Positions 50,240 through 59,525 of a stretch of 64,000 bases of DNA are shown one piece after another (the first letter of the stretch is position 1; every line of letters starts with the position of its first letter). The translations under genes and the position numbers were made by a program. Location of the stretch: the NCBI RefSeq assembly GCF_054482525.1, contig NZ_CM137006.1, one strand, 5' to 3'. The notes under the pieces are model-generated. The model was not told the DNA's origin. It saw only the letters and a program-made list of their open reading frames with translations, and made no database searches.

Positions 50240-50791
50240 TCAGTTTGCAGATGCAGTAGGTCTGATGGTAATTTCGGTTGTATCAACGCTTTCGGGAGAT
50301 TCAATAATATGCCTTACAGCACGGGCAATATCCGCGGGTTGAAGTGCAACAGAACGGTAGGCGTCTATTGACTTCATGGTTTCCACATGGGTAATGGTTG
50401 AAGCCAGTTCACTTTCTACAACCCCAGGATTTACGCAGGTCACACGGATTTTCGAGCTTTCCTGCCGTAAGCCATCCGAAATAGCCCGTACTGCAAATTT
50501 TGACGCGCAATAGACTGCGCCTGTGGGCACAACAGAAAGGGCACCAATAGAACCAAGATTGATTATCTGACCGGAACCCTGTGCTTCCATCACCGGAAGT
50601 ACAGCGCCAATTCCCCAAAGTACACCTTTGATATTCACGTCAATAGTGAGTTCCCATTCATCTTGTTTTCCTGCTGCAAGCGGTGAAAGCGGCATAACGC
50701 CCGCATTATTGATAAGAACATCAACTCGCCCCCAGCTATCCAGCGCTGCTTGCACGAAATCTGCCATGGACTGTCGGTCTGTGACATCCAA
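50240..50791 (-). pseudogene. 5'-truncated short-chain dehydrogenase/reductase gene
   Basis: Contains NNAG, the catalytic Ser and YxxxK but lacks the N-terminal TGxxxGxG Rossmann segment (about 60 aa missing); frame abuts the integrase fragment. Confidence 0.6.
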
Positions 50792-50794
50792 CTT

Positions 50795-50962
50795 GCATTT
50801 TCAGAAATGGGAGGCTGGGAGTCTATCGAAATGGTTCGTCGATATGCTCACCTCGCGCCTAATCACCTTACCGAACACGCACGGCAAATAGACTCAGTCC
50901 TGAACCCATCGGTCCCAAATTTGTCCCAGTCAAAAAAAAAGGAAGGTACTAATTATGTGTAA
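50795..50962 (+). pseudogene. 3' fragment of a tyrosine recombinase (phage/P4-type integrase) gene
   Basis: Encodes ...[24 protein letters not shown], the integrase C-terminal motif carrying the catalytic Tyr; no upstream integrase body. Confidence 0.6.
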
Positions 50963-51174
50963 CTTATTGATTTAAATGGTGCGATAATAGGAATATAACA
51001 CACCACATATATTCTTTGATAAATATGACTATTTTCTTGTTTCATCTTTATAAATGCCCCCTTTTGTGCCCCCACCTTGTTTTTCATGCGACTCGATGAG
51101 ACTTTCATCGAGTCGTTAATCTCATCAAATTCTTCACGTATCGTGGAAACCTTCGCAGATCTCCATCCCCTCAC
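50953..51174 (-). CDS. Hypothetical small protein coupled to the toxin gene
   Basis: 73-aa ORF whose ATG overlaps the toxin stop (ATGA). Confidence 0.3.
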   Translation of the reverse strand: MRGWRSAKVSTIREEFDEINDSMKVSSSRMKNKVGAQKGAFIKMKQENSHIYQRIYVVCYIPIIAPFKSISYT

Positions 51175-51539
51175 AGCCGTGATCGGCTAAGAACAATATT
51201 ACTTACCTCCCTGTAAGAACACCGGCTCATCAGCCCGCACGCTTTCCTGGCTTGAAGAATGTCTGTCGCAGTCAAATATGGTGCTTGTACCTGAGAGGTA
51301 AATCCATTGCGATCAATACGAACTAACTCATATTTCTCTACCAGAAAGTTAACGGCATTAGCCAGAGTGATACCGGCATCGATATGCTCCTTTATAACGG
51401 TTTCATCGCTAAAAGGTGTGTCGCTTAGCATTAGGCCATAGTGCTGCTCAAGCAGACGAGTAAGTAACATTTGCCAGATTGCAACGGGCGACAGACAGGG
51501 CTTCGCCGCCCGCGAAATTGTAGCAGGTAGATTTTTCAT
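51171..51539 (-). CDS. CbtA/YeeV/YkfI-family toxin (cytoskeleton-targeting type IV TA toxin)
   Basis: [36 protein letters not shown]... is collinear with CbtA; ATGA overlap with the antitoxin stop. Confidence 0.85.
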   Translation of the reverse strand: MKNLPATISRAAKPCLSPVAIWQMLLTRLLEQHYGLMLSDTPFSDETVIKEHIDAGITLANAVNFLVEKYELVRIDRNGFTSQVQAPYLTATDILQARKACGLMSRCSYREVSNIVLSRSRL

Positions 51540-51877
51540 GTTTGCTCTCGTGAAATTTGTTTGCGCTGAGGGGGATAAATGGCGATGTATACGTAGCCGC
51601 AACTACCAAGGGTATCGGCTTCGCAGGTGAAACCGTTGTGGTACAGGGTGACACAGTGGGCATGGCGGGGATTCATTTCACCAGTGGTCAGCATCGATTC
51701 CATCTGACTGATAAAATGTGGAAATACGACATCCAACTTCAGGCTTTCGGCATCACTAAACTTACCGGTGATACTTGCCCGGTCAGCCAGATAGTGCAGC
51801 CGGTTGCCCTCCTGCACCAGACGTGCTCCCAGGCACGGCGTGATATCCCGCTGCAGGCCCCATGTGGGGTTGCTCAT
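51536..51877 (-). CDS. CbeA/YeeU/YfjZ-family antitoxin
   Basis: ...[20 protein letters not shown]...[10 protein letters not shown] matches the YeeU family. Confidence 0.85.
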   Translation of the reverse strand: MSNPTWGLQRDITPCLGARLVQEGNRLHYLADRASITGKFSDAESLKLDVVFPHFISQMESMLTTGEMNPRHAHCVTLYHNGFTCEADTLGSCGYVYIAIYPPQRKQISREQT

Positions 51878-51894
51878 TTATAACCTCTTTATTG

Positions 51895-52116
51895 TCAGTT
51901 CAGGGTAATACTCACCAGACAGGTATAAGGTCCGTTGCGATCCTGGCGGCGTTCGACGTATACCGCCAGCACACTGGAAATGTCAGGAACCACCTTAACG
52001 GTGTATTGACAGACACTGCCATGCCACTGGTATCTGCCAGTGCAGAATCGAACAATGCGGGAGGCCGGATGCTGACGGTAAATCGTCATCGCCAGGCGTT
52101 TACTGATAATTTTCAT
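51895..52116 (-). CDS. DUF987 protein (YeeT/YkfH family)
   Basis: MKIISKRLAMTIYRQHPASRIVRFCTGRYQWHGSVC... Confidence 0.75.
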   Translation of the reverse strand: MKIISKRLAMTIYRQHPASRIVRFCTGRYQWHGSVCQYTVKVVPDISSVLAVYVERRQDRNGPYTCLVSITLN

Positions 52117-52124
52117 GTAATACC

Positions 52125-52604
52125 TCAAAGCAGACCATGTTCAGCGAACGACAATATCTGCGTACCACCGACGATAAGGTGGTCGAGCACCCGGATCTCC
52201 ACCAGCATCAGTGCATGTAACAGTCGTTGAGTGATAGCCTTGTCGGCCTGGCTTGGAGTCACTTCTCCGGACGGGTGGTTATGGGCAAATATCACCGCCG
52301 CCGCATTAAAGTACAGCGCGCGTTTCACCACCTCGCGAGGATGAACCTCAGTGTGACTGATGGTGCCGGTAAAGAGCGTTTCGTGGGCAAGCAGCTGGTT
52401 CTGGTTATTGAGGTACAACACGACAAACACTTCGCGCTCAAGGGGGCCCATTTTCAGCCTGAGCCAGTCGCGGGCAGCCTGAGTCGAGGTGAATGCCACA
52501 CCCGGTTCTAGCAAGTGCTGGTCAAGCAGAACCAAGGCTCGCTTAATGGTACGCAGTGCTGGTAACGGCAGTTCAGGTGTAAACATAGTCAGTTGTTTCG
52601 CCAT
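52125..52604 (-). CDS. RadC-like JAB-domain protein (YeeS/YkfG/YfjY family)
   Basis: HNHPSGEVTPSQAD JAMM-like motif. Confidence 0.85.
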   Translation of the reverse strand: MAKQLTMFTPELPLPALRTIKRALVLLDQHLLEPGVAFTSTQAARDWLRLKMGPLEREVFVVLYLNNQNQLLAHETLFTGTISHTEVHPREVVKRALYFNAAAVIFAHNHPSGEVTPSQADKAITQRLLHALMLVEIRVLDHLIVGGTQILSFAEHGLL

Positions 52605-52978
52605 AGCAAATATCCTTAATTAAAGGTGGTGAGAATGACACTGGATTCGGCACGACAGGCGTGATGGTCGTATTCGAGTAGGAAGATGGTAATATGATTG
52701 CGGAATGCATGAGGAAACGAAGCCAGCAATGACCCAGTGACTCACACCCAATCACAGTGTTAAAAATAAAAAAATCCCGCAATCCAGCGAGGATTGCATT
52801 GGGATAATATCTATCTGTAATTATTTAGAAAAAATGTTTTTTTTCTGAGGTCTATTATAAATTTTTTTCGTTCAGAAACTTCTCGGATATGATCATCTGC
52901 TGAGTACCAAGAACGGACATTGTACCCAATAGTGAGTTAATCATTGGAACGTTGATCACCCCAATTGAAAATTTTCAC

Positions 52979-53006
52979 AATATCCAATATCCAATATCCA
53001 ATATAT
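52979..53006. repeat. Tandem 7-bp repeat CAATATC x about 4
   Basis: CACAATATCCAATATCCAATATCCAATATATC, about 27 bp left of the IS end. Confidence 0.7.
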
Positions 53007-53032
53007 CGGTGTAGAGGGCTTCTCTCTTAAAC

Positions 53033-54230
53033 TGATCCTACCCGCGTAATGTGGACACGCTCCTAAGCGAGATTCTGGTTTTCAAACTGTTTCGGGCTGA
53101 GGCCGCCATAATCGCTGTGACGCCGCCAGCGATTGTAATCGCACTTAATCCGCCGTCCGCATGATTTCCCGGCTGATAAAGCGTTCTCCGTGGATACACT
53201 CGACTTTTAACGAGTGTAAGAAGCTTTCCGCACAGGCATTATCATAACAGCAACCTTTTGCGCTCATGCTGCCATGCAGATTATGTCGTTTCAGCAGAGC
53301 CTGATAATCCGCTGAGCAGTACTGCCCGCCACGGTCGGTGTGAATTCGCCGCCACAGCGCCATCTGCAGTGCATCACAGGCAAGTTCTGCCGTTATTTGC
53401 GAGGACACCAACTAGCCAATAATAGCACGCGACCACCAGTCTATAACCACGGCAAAGTATAACAAGCTTTCATCGATGCGAAGGTACGTGATGTCACCAG
53501 CCCACTTCTGGTCCGAGCCACTAGATCTGAAGTCCTGCTTCAGCAGATTCTCCGGCACTGGCTGGTCGTGAGCACAGTAGATTAACGGGCTGAACAGACG
53601 TGAGGTTTTTGCCCGCAGGCCCTGACGACGCGAACTGTTGCTATCGTTTTGATGTTGTATTCCGGCGGCTCGTCTGCAAGACGAGCCGCACCATAACGCT
53701 GTTTTGCCTCAACGAATACCTTACAGACAGCTTCATTGAAGACGCACCGGAACTGTTGCCGATGGCTCAGTTGGGGACGACGCAGACACCAGGTATACCA
53801 GCAGCTGTGCGCCACGCACAGCACCCGACACATAGCTTTGATACTGAACTCAACCTGATATTTTTCGATAAAGATATACTTCATTTCAGGCGCTACGCGA
53901 AGTATGTCGCGCCCTTTTGGAGAATAGCCAACTCATTATCCCGCTCAGCCAGTTGACGTTTGAGGCAGGCAATCTCCGCTGCTTGTGCGCTCTCTCTCAG
54001 AGGATATTGTCTGGTGCAGTTGTTTGTAGAGCTGGGAATCGTAAAGGCTGAGTTCACGGGCGGTAGTGGCCACACCGAGACGTTCGGCCAACTTAAGGGC
54101 TTCTTCACGAAATTCAGGCGTGTGTTGTTTGCGTGACTTTTGTTGATTGATGCTGATTTTGTCATGTGAGCTACCTCTGATTGAGAGTTTACTCGCTTAG
54201 TCCCGTGTCCACTATTGGTGGGTAGGATCA
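53033..54230 (-). mobile_element. Degraded IS3-family insertion sequence (IS3-like) with frameshifted orfA/orfB
   Basis: Terminal inverted repeats TGATCCTACCCGCGTAATGTGGAC (left) and TGATCCTACCCACCAATAGTGGAC (right, reverse complement); minus-strand ORF fragments match IS3 InsE (…[23 protein letters not shown]) and InsF (MKYIFIEK..., ...[14 protein letters not shown]...CCYDNA...), split by frameshifts; no target-site duplication. Confidence 0.8.
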
Positions 54231-54579
54231 TTATTGATCAAAGATCAAGATGTGCAAAAATTCCCAAGTAAAGCCTTATCTGAACCTTCCGTTTTGTTAG
54301 CACATCTGACATTATTATTCAGTCAAATCCCTTCAGTTGATTGAGTTCAAAGGCGGTAGCTATGCTGATTTGCATTACTGTAAAACTTTTAAAGCAGAGG
54401 TTTATATAGAATTGCTCTGTTGAATAAATTAGTAGGTTCACATGGATTTTGAGTTCACCAAGCATGACAACTTGCGTTCTTCAAGCGATCCTGAGAAGCC
54501 TATTATATTAGTGTACAAGATGCCTCACGTGGCACCACTGAATTTTACATTAGACTCTATCCATTAAAACGATAAAATT

Positions 54580-56313
54580 ATGTACATAGCAAAAATTAAA
54601 TTTACAAATTTCAAATCATTCAAAGAGATGTCTTTTGAGTGCAATGATAAATTCAACATAATTGTTGGTGAAAATAATATTGGTAAAAGCACATTATTTG
54701 AGGGGGTAAGTTTATGGAAATATGCTTATGACAACCTTATTCAAGAAAAAAACAAAAACAAATTCTACAAAGCTTCAACTAACTACTACATTACCTATTC
54801 TACACTCGATCAAATAAGACTTGTTGACGATATTGATATTTTTAACGACCCAAAGAATAGCTCCGCATCAATATGCATTACAATTAAAGATGAACAAAAT
54901 GAATTTGATTTAGAGATTAGATTTGAAAAGCCAGGGATTAAAAATTCATACTTACGGATATTTAATAGCAATGGTTCTGATAATGACACACAGTTTTCAA
55001 ACTTTGAACGATTCTCAAACTATATAAAAGAAAAGGATTGCACTCTAAAAGATGCCATTTACATTTACCAAACAAGACCAATATCAACTATTTTTAGAGA
55101 TGAGCCATTTTACAATAATGCGCAGATAGAGAAAAAAATAAATATTGGAAAGTCACATGATGTCTTAAGGAATAAAATATTAAAAACCGAAAATACTCAA
55201 GCCACAAGGGTTGCACAAAAATTTGAAAATCTTGAGATTCGCCTACAAAAAGTCCTTGGTGAAAACTATATCTTAAAATTTAAGAATAGAAATCGAATCG
55301 ATGATGAGTATGTTAAAATAACTGCAACAAAGGAAAACGGGAAAGAATTGGAAATATCACTTATGGGTAGTGGTTTTTTGCAAGTCTTAGAGATATTTTC
55401 AACAATTGAGTATATGGAAAAGAATTCAACCGGTATTAACCTCATTCTTATCGATGAGCCTGATTCACATATCCACTCAAATTTACAAGCAAATTTAATT
55501 GACGAACTAAAGCAACAAACAGCATGTCAAATTTTTGTCATAACACATAATGACAGACTAACATCAAAAGCTAATGAAGGTGAGCTTTTTTATCTAAATC
55601 AGATAGTTAAGGATCTTGGTTTATTGTCTCACCTTGAAATATCTGATTATTCAAAAGTTAAAGATGGTCTAGCTAATGTACTAACAGCTATAAATGATGG
55701 AGATGAAACACCCATTGTTATAACTGAAGGAAAAACGGACCAGAAAATTTTAACAACTGCTTGGGAAAAGCTAAACCCAGGAACTCCTATGCCTTTTAAA
55801 ATAATTTCATCCGGCATTCAAATTGAAGAGGAAAAAAGAACTGGGTGCGCAGAGGCAGTTAGAAGATCTTTAGAATACATTTCAACATTAACTGATAGAA
55901 CAATTATCGGTTTATTTGATAATGATCGGGAGGGAAATGAGCAGTTCAAAGGATTAAATCGTTCTATTTTTGAACCTCATGACCTGCAAAATAACTCCCG
56001 AAAACATCAGATAAAAAATATCTATGGGCTTATTCTTCCCGTTCCTGTGCATAGAGAACGTTTTGTACAAAACAATTCTTTAACGCAGCGTTACTTCGTA
56101 ATTGAACAATATTTCCAAGATGAAATATTACTACAGCATAACATGAAAGGTGAGTCAATATTAGGTACTGAGGTATTTTTTGTTAATGACTCAAGAAAGA
56201 ATGAGTTTTCAGAGTCAACCAATGACCTTCCGGTAGAATGCTTTGGGGATTTTAGTATTTTATTCGATAAAATTTCCGATTTATTGGCTAACAATAGACC
56301 AGAAAACACTTGA
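54580..56313 (+). CDS. OLD-family protein: N-terminal ABC-type ATPase fused to a C-terminal TOPRIM nuclease-like domain (P2 Old / Gabija GajA / PARIS-like); candidate anti-phage defense protein
   Basis: 577 aa; Walker A GENNIGKST (aa 30-38), Walker B LILIDEPD (aa 288-295), H-loop ITHND; TOPRIM-like ITEGKTD (E383) and FDNDREG (D447, D449); strongly AT-rich codon usage. Confidence 0.7.
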   Translation: MYIAKIKFTNFKSFKEMSFECNDKFNIIVGENNIGKSTLFEGVSLWKYAYDNLIQEKNKNKFYKASTNYYITYSTLDQIRLVDDIDIFNDPKNSSASICITIKDEQNEFDLEIRFEKPGIKNSYLRIFNSNGSDNDTQFSNFERFSNYIKEKDCTLKDAIYIYQTRPISTIFRDEPFYNNAQIEKKINIGKSHDVLRNKILKTENTQATRVAQKFENLEIRLQKVLGENYILKFKNRNRIDDEYVKITATKENGKELEISLMGSGFLQVLEIFSTIEYMEKNSTGINLILIDEPDSHIHSNLQANLIDELKQQTACQIFVITHNDRLTSKANEGELFYLNQIVKDLGLLSHLEISDYSKVKDGLANVLTAINDGDETPIVITEGKTDQKILTTAWEKLNPGTPMPFKIISSGIQIEEEKRTGCAEAVRRSLEYISTLTDRTIIGLFDNDREGNEQFKGLNRSIFEPHDLQNNSRKHQIKNIYGLILPVPVHRERFVQNNSLTQRYFVIEQYFQDEILLQHNMKGESILGTEVFFVNDSRKNEFSESTNDLPVECFGDFSILFDKISDLLANNRPENT

Positions 56314-57088
56314 TACTGTACTGCATTTTCCATATCGAGCTAAAACGGACCATTCGCTTTTAAAGTGATTACGGCATACGGGACAGATTTTCCTTAAAGC
56401 AAACGTCTCCTTCACGCCCTGAGACATTCGACATTAAGTAAGAACGGGGGTGCGCCTCGAGTGCCAGCAAATATTTTGCTTCGTCGTAGCGGGTTCTGGT
56501 CATCCAGCAGCTGTAAATGATCCTTATCCATTTATACGCCAGAGCCCAAATGGCTGATTGATGCGATTTTCCTTTTCTTCGCAGCTCTTACTAATAAAGT
56601 CTGGCCCAGAATGATGAGTTAATCGTCTTTGCAGCCCATTCCACGAATGTCTGTCGGACGAGCTCCGCACATTGCCAACATCAGTGTACCCAAGATTTCT
56701 GGCCGCTTTGTTCTGTCACCGGAAAAATACCTGCGTAGTTTTGAATTTCTTCAGCGCAGTTTAACTGGTCACGGTTACTTGAAGAAAGAAACTGACCACT
56801 GCGCTCGTCGTTCGGAAGTGCCAGGGCTATCGGTGGATATTAAGGGAAACCTGACAGCCGGAGGTAATCAGGGTTATTAATGCCGTCAGTGTGGGCCCCG
56901 CTACCAGTGAAACACTAATGTATTGATTAAGTTTCATATTCTTCCTTAATGAAAATAAGCATGTTTTCTTTTGCTAAATCAGTCGTCGTTGGCGATGAAA
57001 CCGGCTCACACATCACGCGATTGTTAAATGAAAAAGCCCCTATTGCGTGAGCAACAGGGGCTATATTTATTTTGTGTCTATAGAGGCA

Positions 57089-57499
57089 TCAGTAACCAGT
57101 TTTAACCTTGTACATCAATAGTGTTTTACTGCCCCGGACAATTTTCACATACAGGGCATTATCTTTCGTGCCTCGCACAAAACCGGCCTGCACATCGCCC
57201 TTACAGTCACCACCGTCGTAAGGAATATTGACACCTGTCTGACGCACCAGATCAATAACCCCGAAGCTTAAGTCCTCACAGGCCGGGCCCGGCAGGTCCT
57301 GAATCAGGGCAAATTTATGGTCGTCGCTGACACCGGTCAGTGAGCACATGGAGGTATTGATGTCGTTTCCCTGGCACCAGTACTCCTGACCGGGATTATC
57401 TTTATCCATCAGACTTGCCGGAAGCTGAGCGGCACCGGCACTGAAGGCGGCAAGTGACAGAATGAGGGCGGGTACAGCAGAGGTCATTATTTTCAGCAT
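57089..57499 (-). CDS. Secreted 4-Cys protein of unknown function (island-associated)
   Basis: Signal peptide MLKIMTSAVPALILSLAAFSAGAA; motif W-C-x9-C...C...C. Confidence 0.6.
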   Translation of the reverse strand: MLKIMTSAVPALILSLAAFSAGAAQLPASLMDKDNPGQEYWCQGNDINTSMCSLTGVSDDHKFALIQDLPGPACEDLSFGVIDLVRQTGVNIPYDGGDCKGDVQAGFVRGTKDNALYVKIVRGSKTLLMYKVKTGY

Positions 57500-57565
57500 G
57501 GTTTTCTTCCTGAATTAATCCAGCCCGCTGTCGGGCAAAATGAGGGAGGTTGGTATCGGGTATTA

Positions 57566-58003
57566 TCAGAAGCGCCGGTAGCGAAACAGCTCTTTGCCCT
57601 GGTAAAGTGCCACCAGGTCGTCATATTCCGGCTTCTTCTGGTTGGGCTTAAAGGTCACTACCGTGCCCGGACGGCACAGATCTTTTACGGTGAGACCGAA
57701 TTTCCTATCCGGAGTAATGGTGAATCCCTTCGACACATCGTTGTGCATGATAGTTATCCAGCCCCACAGGCCGCCTTCGCAGTCCTTAAAGGGTGCTGAA
57801 CGAACTGTTACCATCCCACCCAGGCGGTCAACAGACATGGCTTCACATTTTCCGGTAACCTGTCGATGCGCATCACACCAGAAAATATTCCCGTTGTTGT
57901 CATTGACGACTGCAGGTAGCGTTCGGTTATAAGGCTGAGCCTGAGCGCCCACACAGAGCAGAAGGCTGCCGGTAATACCCAGTACTTTAATCAGTGTTTT
58001 CAT
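57566..58003 (-). CDS. Secreted 4-Cys protein, paralog of the 57089-57499 gene
   Basis: Start at MKTLIKVLGITGSLLLCVGAQA; same W-C-x9-C...C...C spacing. Confidence 0.55.
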   Translation of the reverse strand: MKTLIKVLGITGSLLLCVGAQAQPYNRTLPAVVNDNNGNIFWCDAHRQVTGKCEAMSVDRLGGMVTVRSAPFKDCEGGLWGWITIMHNDVSKGFTITPDRKFGLTVKDLCRPGTVVTFKPNQKKPEYDDLVALYQGKELFRYRRF

Positions 58004-58044
58004 TACGTTGGTCCTTAACAGAGAAAGAATCAGGTAGCAGTCAT

Positions 58045-58581
58045 TCAGGCCCAGACGGTCAGGCCCAGCATCAAAAGCCATACCCAGAAGTAAGCCGGTT
58101 TCTGACCGAGAGTTTTCGCCCGCCGCCACAAATAGAACGGCACCAGCCAGGCCAGTTTGCCGAACGTGGTAGTGTCCACTCCGGCCTTACGAAGGCGTCG
58201 TTCATCGAGATACCCCAGAGCGATATTGAGCAGCAGCGTGATAAACCAGTACTGCCCACCCGAGACGGCATCATATGCCTCGTCAAATGACATCCCGCTC
58301 AATCCTGCAGTCCACAACTCCAGCGCGTAGCCAATGAAGGGAGCAAATGCAAGCGTCCACACAACGCCACCCGGAATGCGGTTCCCCGTCAGCGCTGGCG
58401 GTGTGGTGCTGTGGAGCAGCGCCGAAGCCAGCGGGGTGGCGGAGACCGGTTGCCAGTCCGGCATGCCCTGTCGCCACACCAGCGTGGCAGCGGTGAGTTC
58501 ACCGCGCTTAATCAGGTTAGTGATGTCGTCTTCGGTCACATTGTCGTGACGTATGCCATTTTTCTCGTAATGCCAGGTCAT
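58045..58581 (-). CDS. Membrane protein with N-terminal GYF-like (DUF4339-like) domain
   Basis: WHYEKNG...ATLVWRQGMPDWQPV then 3-4 hydrophobic helices. Confidence 0.5.
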   Translation of the reverse strand: MTWHYEKNGIRHDNVTEDDITNLIKRGELTAATLVWRQGMPDWQPVSATPLASALLHSTTPPALTGNRIPGGVVWTLAFAPFIGYALELWTAGLSGMSFDEAYDAVSGGQYWFITLLLNIALGYLDERRLRKAGVDTTTFGKLAWLVPFYLWRRAKTLGQKPAYFWVWLLMLGLTVWA

Positions 58582-58606
58582 TGTTTTTCCTTCTTAACAG
58601 AGGTAA

Positions 58607-59317
58607 TTAAATCAGTGTATTGCCATGCTCCTCCTCAGAGGGCCCATGAGACAGGACTTCGCGAATACAGCTGAAGTGCGGAAGAGCCCGAATAAAGCCC
58701 GCCTGTGTGGTTAACTGGCTGAGACGTTTTCGCGGGGTAAAAGTGGTGTTCAGGACTGTCACCGCATGGATGGTCGCCAGAGGGTGCACAGTGATATGCC
58801 CGTTAAGTTCACCGGTGAGGTACCAGCAGCCGTCGAGTGATATCAGGCGGTACGGAGCCAGCCCGTCACAGCGCTCTCCCTCGGCCAGCAGCAGTACCCG
58901 CTGGCAGGCGGTAATGGCACTGACGAGACGGTAGAACACCAGTGAGATGGTCGGTGACACAGACTGTGGCGGCTGCCATACCAGACACGGCATCCCTCCC
59001 GCAGTGAGCAACATGCCCGCCAGACGCCGGTCCAGCCCCGGAAAAATATCGGCCAGTCCGGCCCGGTGTGCGAAGGTCAGCGCATCAAGCTCCCCCTGTA
59101 CGCCCCCACCGGTGCTGCGCAGGCGGCATTGCCCCCGTCGATACTCAAGGTCGAGGTACATCAGCCGTTCGCGAAAATCCCGTCGCAGGGTACGGACTGA
59201 CACACCAAACTCTGCAGCCAGCCGCGCCATGTTCAGCGTTTCACCGGCAACCAGGCGGCTGATTATCAGTGACAGCCTGACAGCCAGCCGGTCATGACGG
59301 CGATCTGCCTGTGTCAT
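58607..59317 (-). CDS. YfjR-like HTH transcriptional regulator (DeoR-like)
   Basis: N-terminal HTH LNMARLAAEFGVSVRTLRRDF; position relative to the yfjP/yfjQ-like genes. Confidence 0.6.
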   Translation of the reverse strand: MTQADRRHDRLAVRLSLIISRLVAGETLNMARLAAEFGVSVRTLRRDFRERLMYLDLEYRRGQCRLRSTGGGVQGELDALTFAHRAGLADIFPGLDRRLAGMLLTAGGMPCLVWQPPQSVSPTISLVFYRLVSAITACQRVLLLAEGERCDGLAPYRLISLDGCWYLTGELNGHITVHPLATIHAVTVLNTTFTPRKRLSQLTTQAGFIRALPHFSCIREVLSHGPSEEEHGNTLI

Positions 59318-59525
59318 CTTAAATCTCCGTAATAATTAACTGACTGAATATGAAATGATTCTAAAGAGGGGGGCGGACAGGGTATGGACACGGAATGAAC
59401 TATTTTTTATCTGCCACCGGAAGCAGGTCTGACGCGGTGCTCCGTGAAATACGATGAAAAAACACCCAATCAAATGGAGGTAAAACGGACAGGGAGTGTC
59501 CTTTCCCAACATACTGATAACAAGC

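Noticed and set aside
49100-51200. tRNA gene (such as thrW) expected next to an integrase
   Set aside because: No tRNA-like acceptor or T-arm sequence recognised by eye; tRNAscan would be needed, so none is reported
52573-52782. 69-aa ORF upstream of the radC-like gene as a possible antirestriction (KlcA/YfjX-like) gene
   Set aside because: Sequence does not resemble ArdB/KlcA and is too short; probably a junction remnant beside the IS
52979-53006. Possible CRISPR array, considered for both short tandem repeats (also 63467-63490)
   Set aside because: Units are 7 bp with no spacers and there are no cas genes; these are simple tandem repeats
56314-57088. Gabija GajB-like helicase or PARIS AriB partner immediately downstream of the OLD-like gene
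   Set aside because: No ORF of adequate length and no helicase motifs recognisable by eye; only fragments, so a partner cannot be claimed
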